32,000 bases of DNA from Thermococcus kodakarensis KOD1 (GCF_000009965.1 NC_006624.1:180001-212000); one strand, 5' to 3'; numbered from the stretch's first letter, positions 17,036 through 26,204 are shown. Made by a program: numbers and translations. The notes: generated from the sequence alone by a model not told the origin.

Positions 17036-17629
17036 TTAACTCGTAAAACAGCTCGTCCACGTATTTCCCATCGCTTCAGCCAAGGCCTGCCACTCTTCCC
17101 TCATTATGTCATAGAACAATACATCAACGTACCCCTCCGGCGTCCACGCATGTTTCCTTAATTTTCCCGTCAGCTTGAATCCGTTCTTCTCAAGAACCTT
17201 TATTGAGGCGGCGTTGTTCTCATAGGTTCTCGCAAAGACCTTGCGCAGGTTCATGTATTGAAAGCAAAATCTCAAGGCCAGCTTTACGGCCTCACTCGCG
17301 TAGCCTTTCCCCCAGTGTTCTTTTCCGATGAAATAACCTATCTCTGCCGTTCCGTTCCTGAGGTCTATCCCGCTCAAGATAACTGTCCCAACAAGTTCGC
17401 CATCATCATTAAGTACTGCAAAGGCCCTCTTGGTTAGCTTTTTAGCCGTCAGATTCTCGTACCACCTCATCCACTCTTCAAGCGTTGAAACATCGGATGG
17501 ATCGGCGAGACTTTTGGCGACCTCTCTGTCGTTATTCCATTCCCATATTTTCTGAACGTCCTCCTTGATAATCACACCTAAGGCGACTTTCTCCCCCTTA
17601 AGGATGATGGGCCTCATAGCCATCCCCAC
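17036..17629 (-). CDS. GNAT N-acetyltransferase (RimJ/RimL-like)
   Basis: IGYFIGKEHWGKGYASEAV ... ENNAASIKVLEKNGF is the RimJ/RimL-type pattern. The start is ambiguous (GTG 17629, ATG 17623 or ATG 17617). Confidence 0.85.
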   Translation of the reverse strand: MGMAMRPIILKGEKVALGVIIKEDVQKIWEWNNDREVAKSLADPSDVSTLEEWMRWYENLTAKKLTKRAFAVLNDDGELVGTVILSGIDLRNGTAEIGYFIGKEHWGKGYASEAVKLALRFCFQYMNLRKVFARTYENNAASIKVLEKNGFKLTGKLRKHAWTPEGYVDVLFYDIMREEWQALAEAMGNTWTSCFTS

Positions 17630-17750
17630 GGTTACAACGCAAAAGAGTTTTTAAAAAGTTTTCATGCAAAGTTATTTTGGAGATGTGGGATGGAACGGTG
17701 GAGAAGGGGCGTTAGTTTGACACTGATTTCAGCTTACTAGGTGGTTCAAG

Positions 17751-18371
17751 ATGAACATTCTAAAGCTCTACTATGAAGAGGCCCTCAGAACGTTTCGGGA
17801 ATCGGGAGGGGGCGAGGAAGATTTCTACTGGCTCGTCGGCAGCTTACTAGCCAGATATCCCTCCTATAGAGAAGAGCTGGAGATCAGAAAGAGGCTCATG
17901 GAGATGATAACCGATGAAGTTAAGGGGAAGGTTCTCGACGTCGGCTGCGGGACTGGAGTTCTAACGTTCAAGATGGCCTTAAAAAACGGGGTTGAGATGG
18001 TCGTTGGCGTTGATAGGAAAGAGGAGGTAATCGAGTTCTGCAACCGCTTGGGGGATAGAGTTACGAAAAATGCCAAGTTCGTTCAGGGAAACTTTTTGGA
18101 AATGGGCCTTGATGAAAAGTTCGACTCCGTCGTGTTCTCGTACGTTCTGCACGACTTTGAGCCGGAGCCGTTTCTTGAGAGGGCCCTCGAAGTGCTCGAA
18201 GAAGGAGGGCGCGTCATCGTTGGGGACTTCGACATTAACGACCTGAGGAAGAGAATAAGGGAATTCGCAAGATGGAAGGGGGTGAAAATAGTCAAGGGCG
18301 TTACCGTTGGCCGGGCGGAGAGCCACGGCGATCTACGGGAGGCGTTTTTGATGGTTGTTGAGAGGTTGTGA
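17751..18371 (+). CDS. Class I SAM-dependent methyltransferase
   Basis: Motif I VLDVGCGTGVLT, then a GVD acidic loop and VVFSYVLHD ... LEEGGRVIV. Confidence 0.85.
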   Translation: MNILKLYYEEALRTFRESGGGEEDFYWLVGSLLARYPSYREELEIRKRLMEMITDEVKGKVLDVGCGTGVLTFKMALKNGVEMVVGVDRKEEVIEFCNRLGDRVTKNAKFVQGNFLEMGLDEKFDSVVFSYVLHDFEPEPFLERALEVLEEGGRVIVGDFDINDLRKRIREFARWKGVKIVKGVTVGRAESHGDLREAFLMVVERL

Positions 18372-18498
18372 GTTGAGACTTTGCAGCCATCACGGGAGTT
18401 AATGGTATCGATCGCCCAATAGTTGGCCACTTCAGAAGGCTTTCTAGATGTATGAGTTTGTGTCTGGCTTTCGATGTTGAACGGGGAAAAGATGTGAG

Positions 18499-19710
18499 CT
18501 AGTCTCCGCTTTCCTCCAGGTGGTGCAGCTTTAGATGCTCTCCCAGGAATCCCAGAACTTCTCCAGCCTTGAAGCCGGCACCGAGCACCAGCAGAGCTAT
18601 TGCGAACATCAGTCTGGCCCCAGACAGACCCAGCTTGTCCACAGCAAAGCCGTAGACGGCATAGAAAACCGCCATCACCAATCCGGCGAGCATCCTGTCG
18701 AGGGAAAGGATGGTTGCCCTCTTCTCGCTCGGTATCCTGTGCTGGAACTCCACGTTCAGGTTGAAGCCGAAAGCCGCCGTTATGATGGTGAGGGCTATTC
18801 CAAGGGCGACTATCCAGAGAGGGTTGGTGTAAACCACGGAGAGAACCGTTAACAGTGGGAGGAGAACTGGGGCGAGGGAGTAGGCTTTCCTGCTCCAGGA
18901 GTCGCGGAGGCGGACGCCGATGAGCCTTGGAACCGTCCTGACTGTGACCTCGACGACACCGAGAAGTCCTAAAGTGCCCATGAGTGTTGTCCCGAGGCTT
19001 TTGGCCAGTACCCCTCCAAGGTAGGGCTCGAAGAACTTCCTGAACTGATTGGTTTGCATGCCAACGATTATAGATAGCAAAACCAGCCAGAAGAGCCTCG
19101 GCTGGAAGAGCTCCCTTAGTGAAGAGAGAGTGTGACCTAGGTAATTTCTCTCCGTTTTCTTGAACTCGTACTCCGGGATCGAGAGGATGAGGACTACCGC
19201 CAAAAGCTCAACTATGAGGCCCAGGACGATGGGCAGGGTGAAGCCGTAGAACTGCGCCAGAAAAGCCCCCACAACGAGGGTTGTCGCAGAGAGAGGAATC
19301 GTTATGCTTTTAGCTTCGCGCATAACCTTTCTGTATTCCCTCTCCCTCCCTATGTGCTTCAGGTCGTCGAAGAGCCACGCCTCAAAGCTTCCACTGACGA
19401 AGGAGGCGCCCAGGGCGGATATGAGCGCATATAGGAGAAGCATGGGGAAGTTGTGAAGGAAGAGGAGAACAACACTTCCAAATGCATGGATGGTAAAGCC
19501 GAGGAGGACGCTCAGCTTCCTGCTTATTTTGTCGCCGACGACCCCAGTTGGAACCTCGAAGAGAAAGCCACCAAGAACCATCACCGAGGTCTCAAGGCCT
19601 ATCTGGGCGTAGCTGAACCCCTTGGAGAGGAAGTAGATGACGAGCAAGTTACCGAGGAAGCCAGTGCTCATCAGGGCCATCAGGAGCTTAAACTTCTTGA
19701 TTAAATCCAT
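18499..19710 (-). CDS. MFS-type transporter
   Basis: About 403 aa with 12 predicted helices and a GVVGDKISRK-type loop after TM2. The ATG at 19710 has GGAGGG 7 nt upstream. The track start at 19758 would overlap the upstream gene. Confidence 0.8.
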   Translation of the reverse strand: MDLIKKFKLLMALMSTGFLGNLLVIYFLSKGFSYAQIGLETSVMVLGGFLFEVPTGVVGDKISRKLSVLLGFTIHAFGSVVLLFLHNFPMLLLYALISALGASFVSGSFEAWLFDDLKHIGREREYRKVMREAKSITIPLSATTLVVGAFLAQFYGFTLPIVLGLIVELLAVVLILSIPEYEFKKTERNYLGHTLSSLRELFQPRLFWLVLLSIIVGMQTNQFRKFFEPYLGGVLAKSLGTTLMGTLGLLGVVEVTVRTVPRLIGVRLRDSWSRKAYSLAPVLLPLLTVLSVVYTNPLWIVALGIALTIITAAFGFNLNVEFQHRIPSEKRATILSLDRMLAGLVMAVFYAVYGFAVDKLGLSGARLMFAIALLVLGAGFKAGEVLGFLGEHLKLHHLEESGD

Positions 19711-19751
19711 ACTTAATCCCTCCAAACGTTTTAAAGCATGCAACTTTGTTT

Positions 19752-20690
19752 TCACCATTCGCCTATCGATTCAACCATCATAACAGTCTTCCCGTCCTCC
19801 TCTTTCACACCCGCAGCGAGGTCTTTGCCCAGAACCTCCACCCAGCCGCGCTCCCAGAGGGACTTTTTCCAGAGGACTTCCCCGTTTGGGCTGAGCTCCA
19901 TAACGGAGGCCGTTCCTTCGACCTCTCCTCCGACGAGAAGGCCATCTCCAAGCGGAAGGGGTGAGGTGGCGGCGCCGTTTGGAAGGGTTACTTCCCACTC
20001 CTTGCTCCAGACCCAGAGGTCATTTTCCTTGTAGCCGGCGAGGATAAGTTTGTCGTTCCAGAGGGCAGCGGTGAGCGCTATTCCTTCTTCCGTTATTGTT
20101 GCCCTATCCAGAAAGTTCCCGTCGGAATCAAAGTCAAAGGCGACGACTTTCCAGCGCTCCTCTTTAACGCTCCCGATGAGCCTCGGCCTTTCTCTGGAGA
20201 GAAGGGATGCCGTGACAACCTCCTCCCAGTTGCCAAAGTCCTTCAGCCACTCCAGCTCGCCCTCCATCGAGAACTTTCCAGAGAAAAAGCCCATGTTCCT
20301 GGGCCGTCCCGTGTCGCCGGCTATGAAAATTGAATCCCCCGCGGGAAGGATGGAGTAGGTAGCCTCGTTGCCCCTTATCTCAATCTTCCTCTCCCAGAGG
20401 ACGTTTAAATCCTCATCGAGCCTCGCAACGTAGGCCTTCCACCCAACACCGCCGTCGGACGTTGCTTTCCCCTCGGCGGCACCCCCTATCATGTAGCCTC
20501 CCTCTATCCTCGCTATCGAATGCCCCTCCCAGTCGTTTTTTCCACTCAAGAAGTGAGTTTCGAGGATTTCTTCGCCCATAACTCTGGCCAGCAGGATTTT
20601 ATAGTTCCTTCCGTCGTGGACGCTCCCGATGAGCAGGTCATCCACCAGAGCGACTGGAACTGTCTCAAAGCCGAAGGAATACCTCTTCAT
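19752..20690 (-). CDS. Hypothetical protein, probable beta-propeller-like repeat fold
   Basis: 312 aa. Short strands ending in Gly recur roughly every 45 aa (LIGSV, YMIGG, IFIAGDTG, LIGSV, LILAGY, LLVGGE), along with W-containing strands. GGGAGG SD upstream. No family is recognised. Confidence 0.7.
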   Translation of the reverse strand: MKRYSFGFETVPVALVDDLLIGSVHDGRNYKILLARVMGEEILETHFLSGKNDWEGHSIARIEGGYMIGGAAEGKATSDGGVGWKAYVARLDEDLNVLWERKIEIRGNEATYSILPAGDSIFIAGDTGRPRNMGFFSGKFSMEGELEWLKDFGNWEEVVTASLLSRERPRLIGSVKEERWKVVAFDFDSDGNFLDRATITEEGIALTAALWNDKLILAGYKENDLWVWSKEWEVTLPNGAATSPLPLGDGLLVGGEVEGTASVMELSPNGEVLWKKSLWERGWVEVLGKDLAAGVKEEDGKTVMMVESIGEW

Positions 20691-20772
20691 TTGAAGTCCT
20701 CCCGTTTAGCTAACCGTTTTTAAAGATAAAAGTTTTAAGGTTTTTGTGGGCGGTAGTAATTGTGTGGTCATA

Positions 20773-21102
20773 ATGGGAAAGAACAGCTTCAACAGTGGAA
20801 TCCTCACCCTCCTCGTGGTAATCATGATAATCCTCGCCTTTGTTCCTGCCTACTTCATCGGATACCTCTACTTTGGCCTGGTGGTCGTTTATCTTGCCAT
20901 CCTCTACGTTGTCGAGAGGAGAGGGCACAGGAAGCTCTCTATGGTGATTTCCTACCTCTTTGGCCTTGTTGTGGTGTACCTCGTCATGAAAAAAGCCGAA
21001 AAGTGGGATGTCAGGCTTTTCACTTTGGTAGCGGTTCTGGGCGCGCTTTCACTCATCAGGAGGGTGAAGAATGAGGGTAGCACTAATCCCGATGCAGGTT
21101 GA
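20773..21102 (+). CDS. Hypothetical small membrane protein (3-4 TM)
   Basis: About 109 aa, very hydrophobic. The start is uncertain (GTG 20746 or ATG 20773). The 3' end overlaps the next gene by 32 nt. Confidence 0.55.
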   Translation: MGKNSFNSGILTLLVVIMIILAFVPAYFIGYLYFGLVVVYLAILYVVERRGHRKLSMVISYLFGLVVVYLVMKKAEKWDVRLFTLVAVLGALSLIRRVKNEGSTNPDAG

Positions 21103-21742
21103 GGACGGAAACTTCGGGGCCAACTGGAGGGAGTTCAAAAGGCGCTTTAATGAGGCCTTAGAGCACAGACCCGACTTCATCGTTTTTCCCGAGTACTGTC
21201 TGACTGGCTTCAGGGAATGGGACTTCAGCGGTGCAGAGCTCTACGACGAGATAACCGCAAGGGTGAGCGAGCTGGCGAGGAAAAACAACGTCTACGTCGT
21301 CTTTGGCCTGCTTGAGCCATACAAGAACTGCGTTTACAATTCCGCCTTACTCATCGGGCGGAACGGCGAAGTCCTCCTCAAGCACCGCAAGTTCCAGGAA
21401 CCTTACAAGTTCTGCACGGGCAACACGGTTAGGACTGCCAGAACGGAGTTCGGGAAGGTTGCCATTATCATCTGCGGCGACCTCTACAACAGGCGCATAG
21501 CCAAGTGGGTGAGGAGGAAAAGGCCAGATTTTCTCTTCGTGCCCATGGAGTATTCGCCCGAATACGGAGAACCAAACGAAGAGGACATCGCGGCCATGTC
21601 GGAGCGCGTCGGACTCCTAGGGGTTAAGACTTTCATCGTGAACAGCTTTCCGCCCGGCGGTGCATGGGTCTTTGATGGAGACGGGACGCTAATCGGTGAG
21701 AGCAGGGGAGAGGAGCTCCTCCTCTGGGAGGGGCAACCCTAA
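21071..21742 (+). CDS. Carbon-nitrogen hydrolase (nitrilase superfamily)
   Basis: The E-K-C triad context is intact: FPEYCLTGF, LLKHRKF, IIICGDL. GGAGGGTGA SD upstream. Confidence 0.85.
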   Translation: MRVALIPMQVEDGNFGANWREFKRRFNEALEHRPDFIVFPEYCLTGFREWDFSGAELYDEITARVSELARKNNVYVVFGLLEPYKNCVYNSALLIGRNGEVLLKHRKFQEPYKFCTGNTVRTARTEFGKVAIIICGDLYNRRIAKWVRRKRPDFLFVPMEYSPEYGEPNEEDIAAMSERVGLLGVKTFIVNSFPPGGAWVFDGDGTLIGESRGEELLLWEGQP

Positions 21743-21776
21743 AATACCCCCACTCCAACTTTTTTCGGTGGTTCCC

Positions 21777-22106
21777 ATGGAGCTCTACGACGTTGATGAG
21801 TTCTGGAAGTTCGACCTCCGCGTCGGGCTGGTTAAGAGGGCCGAGAAGCTGAAGCGTACGAGGAAGCTCATAAAGCTCGATGTGGACTTTGGGGGCGAGG
21901 AGAGGACGGTAATAACGGGCATAGCCGACCAGTACTCCCCGGAGGAGCTCGAGGGTAAGAAGTTCGTTTTCGTCCTCAACCTCAAGCCGAAAAAGTTGAG
22001 CGGTGTTGAGAGTCAGGGGATGCTCATAGTTGCGGAAACCGAGGACGGTAAGGTCTACCTCCTGCCGGTTCCGGAAGAGGTACCGGTCGGGACGAGGGTG
22101 TGGTGA
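21777..22106 (+). CDS. Stand-alone tRNA-binding domain protein (Trbp111/CsaA/MetRS C-terminal-like OB fold)
   Basis: FDLRVGLVKRAEKL...LIKLDVDFGGEERTVITGIA...FVLNLKPKKLSGVESQGMLI is the classic tRNA-binding-domain pattern. The ATG at 21777 is preferred over the track start. Confidence 0.85.
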   Translation: MELYDVDEFWKFDLRVGLVKRAEKLKRTRKLIKLDVDFGGEERTVITGIADQYSPEELEGKKFVFVLNLKPKKLSGVESQGMLIVAETEDGKVYLLPVPEEVPVGTRVW

Positions 22107-22928
22107 ATGCTCTTCGGAATTCCAGAATCCAAAAACCCGAACCTCCTGCTCCTTGGAATCCGCTGGGACGGCTCTTCCTCCTACAGAAAGGGCGCGAGGG
22201 ACGGCCCAAAGGCCATAAGGGAGGCAACATCAAGCGAGCTATACAACAGCTACACAGAGAATCTCGTCAACCTTGCGGAGAGATGGCGGTACAGAGACCT
22301 TGGCGACGTGGAGGGGAAATCCTTCGCGGAGGTTCTTGAGAGGGTGAGGAAGCTCGTGGGGGAGAACTACAGTGGTGAGAGGTTTCTCTTCCTCGGCGGC
22401 GACCACTCCATAACCTACGCCACCTTCAGGGCCCTCAGGGAGGCGAGCGGGAAAGAGTTTGGGCTGATATACTTCGACGCCCACCCCGACCTCTATCCCC
22501 ATTATGAGGGCGACCCCTACTCCCACGCCTGCCCCGTGAGGCGCCTCGTGGAGGAGGGCTGGGTTAGGGGCGAAAACGTTGTTCAGGTGGGGATAAGGGC
22601 CCCAACTCCTGAACAGCTTGACTTCGCTGAGAGAGAAGGCATACTGATTTACTCCGCCTCGGAAGTGTGGAAGGGGGCCGAGGTGGAGGTTCCCTTCGAG
22701 AGGGCCTACCTCTCCTTCGACCTCGACGTCCTCGACCCGGCGTTTGCCCCCGGCGTTGGAAACCCGGAGCCTGGAGGCCTCAGCACGAGGGAGCTCATTG
22801 AGCTCATAAAAAGCATTGACGCCGAGGTTGTGGCCTTCGACGTGGTAGAGCTCAACCCGCGCTATGACGTGAGCAACGTAACGGCCTTCGCAGCTGCTAA
22901 GATAATCAGAGAAGTCCTCGGGAGGTGA
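22107..22928 (+). CDS. speB: Arginase-family ureohydrolase (agmatinase-like)
   Basis: Mn-binding motifs GGDHSITY, DAHPDL and SFDLDVLDPAFAPGVGNPEPGGL. The symbol is tentative because Thermococcales usually carry several paralogues. Confidence 0.85.
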   Translation: MLFGIPESKNPNLLLLGIRWDGSSSYRKGARDGPKAIREATSSELYNSYTENLVNLAERWRYRDLGDVEGKSFAEVLERVRKLVGENYSGERFLFLGGDHSITYATFRALREASGKEFGLIYFDAHPDLYPHYEGDPYSHACPVRRLVEEGWVRGENVVQVGIRAPTPEQLDFAEREGILIYSASEVWKGAEVEVPFERAYLSFDLDVLDPAFAPGVGNPEPGGLSTRELIELIKSIDAEVVAFDVVELNPRYDVSNVTAFAAAKIIREVLGR

Positions 22929-22932
22929 GAGG

Positions 22933-23376
22933 ATGTGGCCCTCCGCGAAGTTCATTGATGGGAGAGTGGCATTTTCGCGGATGCCGGCGGAGAGGGAGCT
23001 CGACGAAGTGGCTAGAGACTTTGACGCAGTGGTTGTCCTCGTTGAAGATTACGAGCTCCCCTATTCCCTCGACGAGTGGGAAAAGAGAGGCGTAGAAGTC
23101 CTTCACGGCCCCATTCCAGACTTCACGGCTCCAAGCGTTGAGCAGCTCCTCGAAATCCTCCGGTGGATCGAAGAGCGAGTTAGAGAAGGCAAGAAAGTTC
23201 TAATCCACTGCATGGGCGGCCTGGGAAGGAGCGGAACGGTGGGGGTTGCGTGGCTCATGTACTCGAGGGGTCTTTCTCTCCGCGAGGCCCTCATGGAAGT
23301 CAGGAGAAAGAGACCTGGAGCGGTTGAAACACAGGAGCAGATGGAGGTTTTGAAGGAGCTTGAGGAGAGAATCTAA
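22933..23376 (+). CDS. Dual-specificity / protein-tyrosine phosphatase
   Basis: CX5R P-loop HCMGGLGRSGT. 147 aa. Confidence 0.85.
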   Translation: MWPSAKFIDGRVAFSRMPAERELDEVARDFDAVVVLVEDYELPYSLDEWEKRGVEVLHGPIPDFTAPSVEQLLEILRWIEERVREGKKVLIHCMGGLGRSGTVGVAWLMYSRGLSLREALMEVRRKRPGAVETQEQMEVLKELEERI

Positions 23377-23384
23377 CGCCTGGA

Positions 23385-23395
23385 TTTTTGCTTTT
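23385..23395 (+). terminator. Oligo-T terminator candidate (T5 then T4)
   Basis: GGATTTTTGCTTTTG lies 9 nt after the phosphatase stop. Archaeal intrinsic termination uses oligo-T tracts. Confidence 0.5.
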
Positions 23396-23420
23396 GTGGA
23401 CAGCCTTTCCTGGCGACAGG

Positions 23421-23428
23421 TTTATATA
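23421..23428 (+). promoter_or_regulatory. Consensus archaeal TATA box (TTTATATA), presumed his operon promoter
   Basis: It is an exact TTTATATA. No comparable element lies between it and the hisZ start at 23589. Confidence 0.6.
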
Positions 23429-23588
23429 CTTTCACCATCACCCGGCCCCGGTGAGTACCATGGTAGAGAGAAGCATTAAATCCCGGGTTTTATCTATGGG
23501 CGCATCACTGCTTTTCAAGGTGACTTACTGCCATCATCTCTTCTGAAGATGTCCCTGGCCTAAAGGTTAGTGCAGACTTTTTCGGGGG

Positions 23589-24479
23589 GTGTTCTTCTTG
23601 AGGTACACACTCCGGGACTATTTGAGGCTAGCCGAGATTGGGAACCGGCTCAGAGGGGTCTTCGACCTCTGGAACTACCGCGAAATAGTGTTTCCCGCAG
23701 TAGAGGAGTACTCTGAGTCAATAAGGAAGGGAACGAAGTTCGCCCACAACAACGAGTTTTACGTGATATGCCCAGACGCCACGTCCAGGATAATAAGGGA
23801 TTTCAACAACGGGGAAGCGAGGATCTACTACATAAGCGAGGTTCTCGATGGAGAAATCCACGGGGTCTGGGAGGCTGGAGTGGAGCTGATCGGCGGCAGA
23901 GAGCCGGATATGTACGTTGAGGTCCCGAGCGTTCTGATAACTGCCCTCGAATCACTCGGAATCGAGGACTTCTACATAGACGTTGGGAGCGTTAAGGTCT
24001 GGGAGGAGGCAACGAGGGGCATTGAACCCTTCAGGGAAGAAGTCAGGAGGGCCCTTTTAACCAGAAACTTCGGGATCATAGAATCCCTGCCGATATCCGC
24101 GGGCAGGAAAAGGGCTTTGTGGAGACTCTTCAACTTCAGGGGGAAGAGGTCGGGCGTCGAAAAGCTCGACGCGATAGCGGAGCTCCTCGGCGATGAGAGG
24201 GTTTTCCTGGACTTCGGGACCGTGAGGCCGCTCCCCTACTACACAGACGTCATCTTTGAGGTCTATTCTCCGAGGCTCGGGAAGCCCCTTGGCGGCGGCG
24301 GGGAGTACCTGGTGGGGAATAAAAAGGCCATAGGCTTTGCCCTCGACTTAGGAGCCCTCTTGAAGCTCTACAGGGGGCGGGAAAGGAAGAGGCAGGTGCT
24401 CACGGGAGAGCCTGGGGAAGTCTACAGGAGGGCCAGGGAGCTCGTGAAAATGGGCATTCCCGTGGAGGTGAGGCCATGA
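23589..24479 (+). CDS. hisZ: ATP phosphoribosyltransferase regulatory subunit (HisRS paralogue), divergent
   Basis: HisZ-like blocks are present: [76 protein letters not shown] start after a G6 SD. Its stop overlaps the hisG start. Confidence 0.8.
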   Translation: MFFLRYTLRDYLRLAEIGNRLRGVFDLWNYREIVFPAVEEYSESIRKGTKFAHNNEFYVICPDATSRIIRDFNNGEARIYYISEVLDGEIHGVWEAGVELIGGREPDMYVEVPSVLITALESLGIEDFYIDVGSVKVWEEATRGIEPFREEVRRALLTRNFGIIESLPISAGRKRALWRLFNFRGKRSGVEKLDAIAELLGDERVFLDFGTVRPLPYYTDVIFEVYSPRLGKPLGGGGEYLVGNKKAIGFALDLGALLKLYRGRERKRQVLTGEPGEVYRRARELVKMGIPVEVRP

Positions 24480-25087
24480 GGTTCGTTCTCCCGAAAGGAA
24501 GGCTCCTAAAGCCCAGCATAGAGTTCCTGAGGAAAGCTGGAGTTGAGCTGGAGCTCCCGAACGGGAGGGAGCTTGTTTCGGCCGATGGTAGGGTTCTCCT
24601 CGCGAGGGCCTTCGACGTTCCCGTTTACGTCGAACACGGGGTTGAGGTGGGGATAGCTGGCAGCGACGTGGTTTTGGAGAGGGGGAGCGACGTTTTCATT
24701 CCCCTGGAACTGCCCTTCGGAAAGTGCAGGATAAGCGTGGCCGTTCCCGGGGAGAGGAAAAGGTATCCTGAGGACATGGACTGCTTCAGGATAGCCACGA
24801 AATACCCACGGATAGCAAGCTCTTATTTCGACTCGATTGGCGTTGACGTTGAGGTTATGAAGCTCCACGGGAGCGTTGAGCTCTCCGTCAGGACGGGGAT
24901 AGCCGATGCCATAGTTGACATCGTCGAGACCGGCCAGACGCTGAGGGAGAACGGCCTCGTCGAGGTTGCCAAGGTTATGGACGTTTCCGCGCTCCTTCTC
25001 GTCAACAGGATAGCGCAGAAGGTTCTGTTCGATGAGATAAACGAGCTTGTGATGAAGCTTAGGGGGGTTTTGGATGAAGGGGCTTGA
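24476..25087 (+). CDS. hisG: ATP phosphoribosyltransferase, short form
   Basis: 203 aa. [37 protein letters not shown]. Confidence 0.93.
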   Translation: MRFVLPKGRLLKPSIEFLRKAGVELELPNGRELVSADGRVLLARAFDVPVYVEHGVEVGIAGSDVVLERGSDVFIPLELPFGKCRISVAVPGERKRYPEDMDCFRIATKYPRIASSYFDSIGVDVEVMKLHGSVELSVRTGIADAIVDIVETGQTLRENGLVEVAKVMDVSALLLVNRIAQKVLFDEINELVMKLRGVLDEGA

Positions 25088-26204
25088 AGAATACGTTAGG
25101 GAAATCCTGGAGGACATCAGGAGAAGGGGCCTTGAGGCCCTGAGGGAGTACTCGGAAAGGTTCGACAACTACTCGGGCCCGTTCAGGGTTTCGGAGGGGG
25201 AGTTCGAGGAGGCAGAGGAACTCGTGCCAGAGGAGGACAAGAGGGTAATCGAGGAGACGATGGAGCGCCTCTGGGAGTACCACGCGAGGCAGTTCAGGGA
25301 TGTAGAGCTCTACATCAAGAGGGGCTCTCTCTACGGCCTTATATATCGCCCGATAGGGAGGATAGGGATATACGTTCCCGGGGGAAAGCCGCTCCCGTCG
25401 ACGCTCATGATGGTCGGGATTCCAGCCAGAATAGCCGGGGTCAGGGAGATAGCAGTCACGACGCCGCCCAAAGACGGGAAGGTGAACCCCTACGTTCTCT
25501 ACGTGGCAAAACTGCTCGGGATCGAGGAGGTCTACAAGCTCGGCGGGGTGGGGGCAATAGCGGCGATGGCCTACGGGGTTGGCATGAGGAGGGTTGACAA
25601 GATATTCGGGCCCGGGAACAGGTTCGTCAACGAGGCCAAGAGGCAGGTGTTCGGCATTGTTGGAATAGACAGCCTCGCAGGGCCTTCTGAGATAGCCGTG
25701 ATAGCCGATGAGAGTGCAGATAAGGATTACGTGCTCGCCGATCTCCTCAGTCAGCTCGAGCACGGGAAGGACAGTAAGGCATGGCTCCTGACCACCTCCA
25801 GGGAGCTCGCAGATTACTGCTCAAGGGAGGGGATAGAGGTTCTCCTATGCAGGAACCTGGAGGAATGCGCCGAGAAGGCCAACGAGATAGCCCCCGAGCA
25901 CCTTGAGATAATAACCGAAAACCCTGAGGAGCTCGTTGACCTCATCGAGAACGCTGGAGCCATCTACCTCGGCCCCTACACTCCCGTCCCAGCAGCCGAC
26001 TACTTCCTCGGCGTTAACCACGTCCTCCCAACAGGAGGAGCGGCCAGGTTCAGCGGGGTTCTGACGGTGATGGACTTCATGAAGCCCATAACCCTCGCGA
26101 GGGTGAGCAGGGAGGAGTTTTTGGCCTACAGAAGGCTCGGGATGAGGCTGGCTGAGATAGAGGGAATGGAAGCCCACAGGAGGAGCCTGGAGGTGAGGAG
26201 ATGA
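25074..26204 (+). CDS. hisD: Histidinol dehydrogenase
   Basis: [42 protein letters not shown], and the APEHLE region. Confidence 0.93.
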   Translation: MKGLEEYVREILEDIRRRGLEALREYSERFDNYSGPFRVSEGEFEEAEELVPEEDKRVIEETMERLWEYHARQFRDVELYIKRGSLYGLIYRPIGRIGIYVPGGKPLPSTLMMVGIPARIAGVREIAVTTPPKDGKVNPYVLYVAKLLGIEEVYKLGGVGAIAAMAYGVGMRRVDKIFGPGNRFVNEAKRQVFGIVGIDSLAGPSEIAVIADESADKDYVLADLLSQLEHGKDSKAWLLTTSRELADYCSREGIEVLLCRNLEECAEKANEIAPEHLEIITENPEELVDLIENAGAIYLGPYTPVPAADYFLGVNHVLPTGGAARFSGVLTVMDFMKPITLARVSREEFLAYRRLGMRLAEIEGMEAHRRSLEVRR

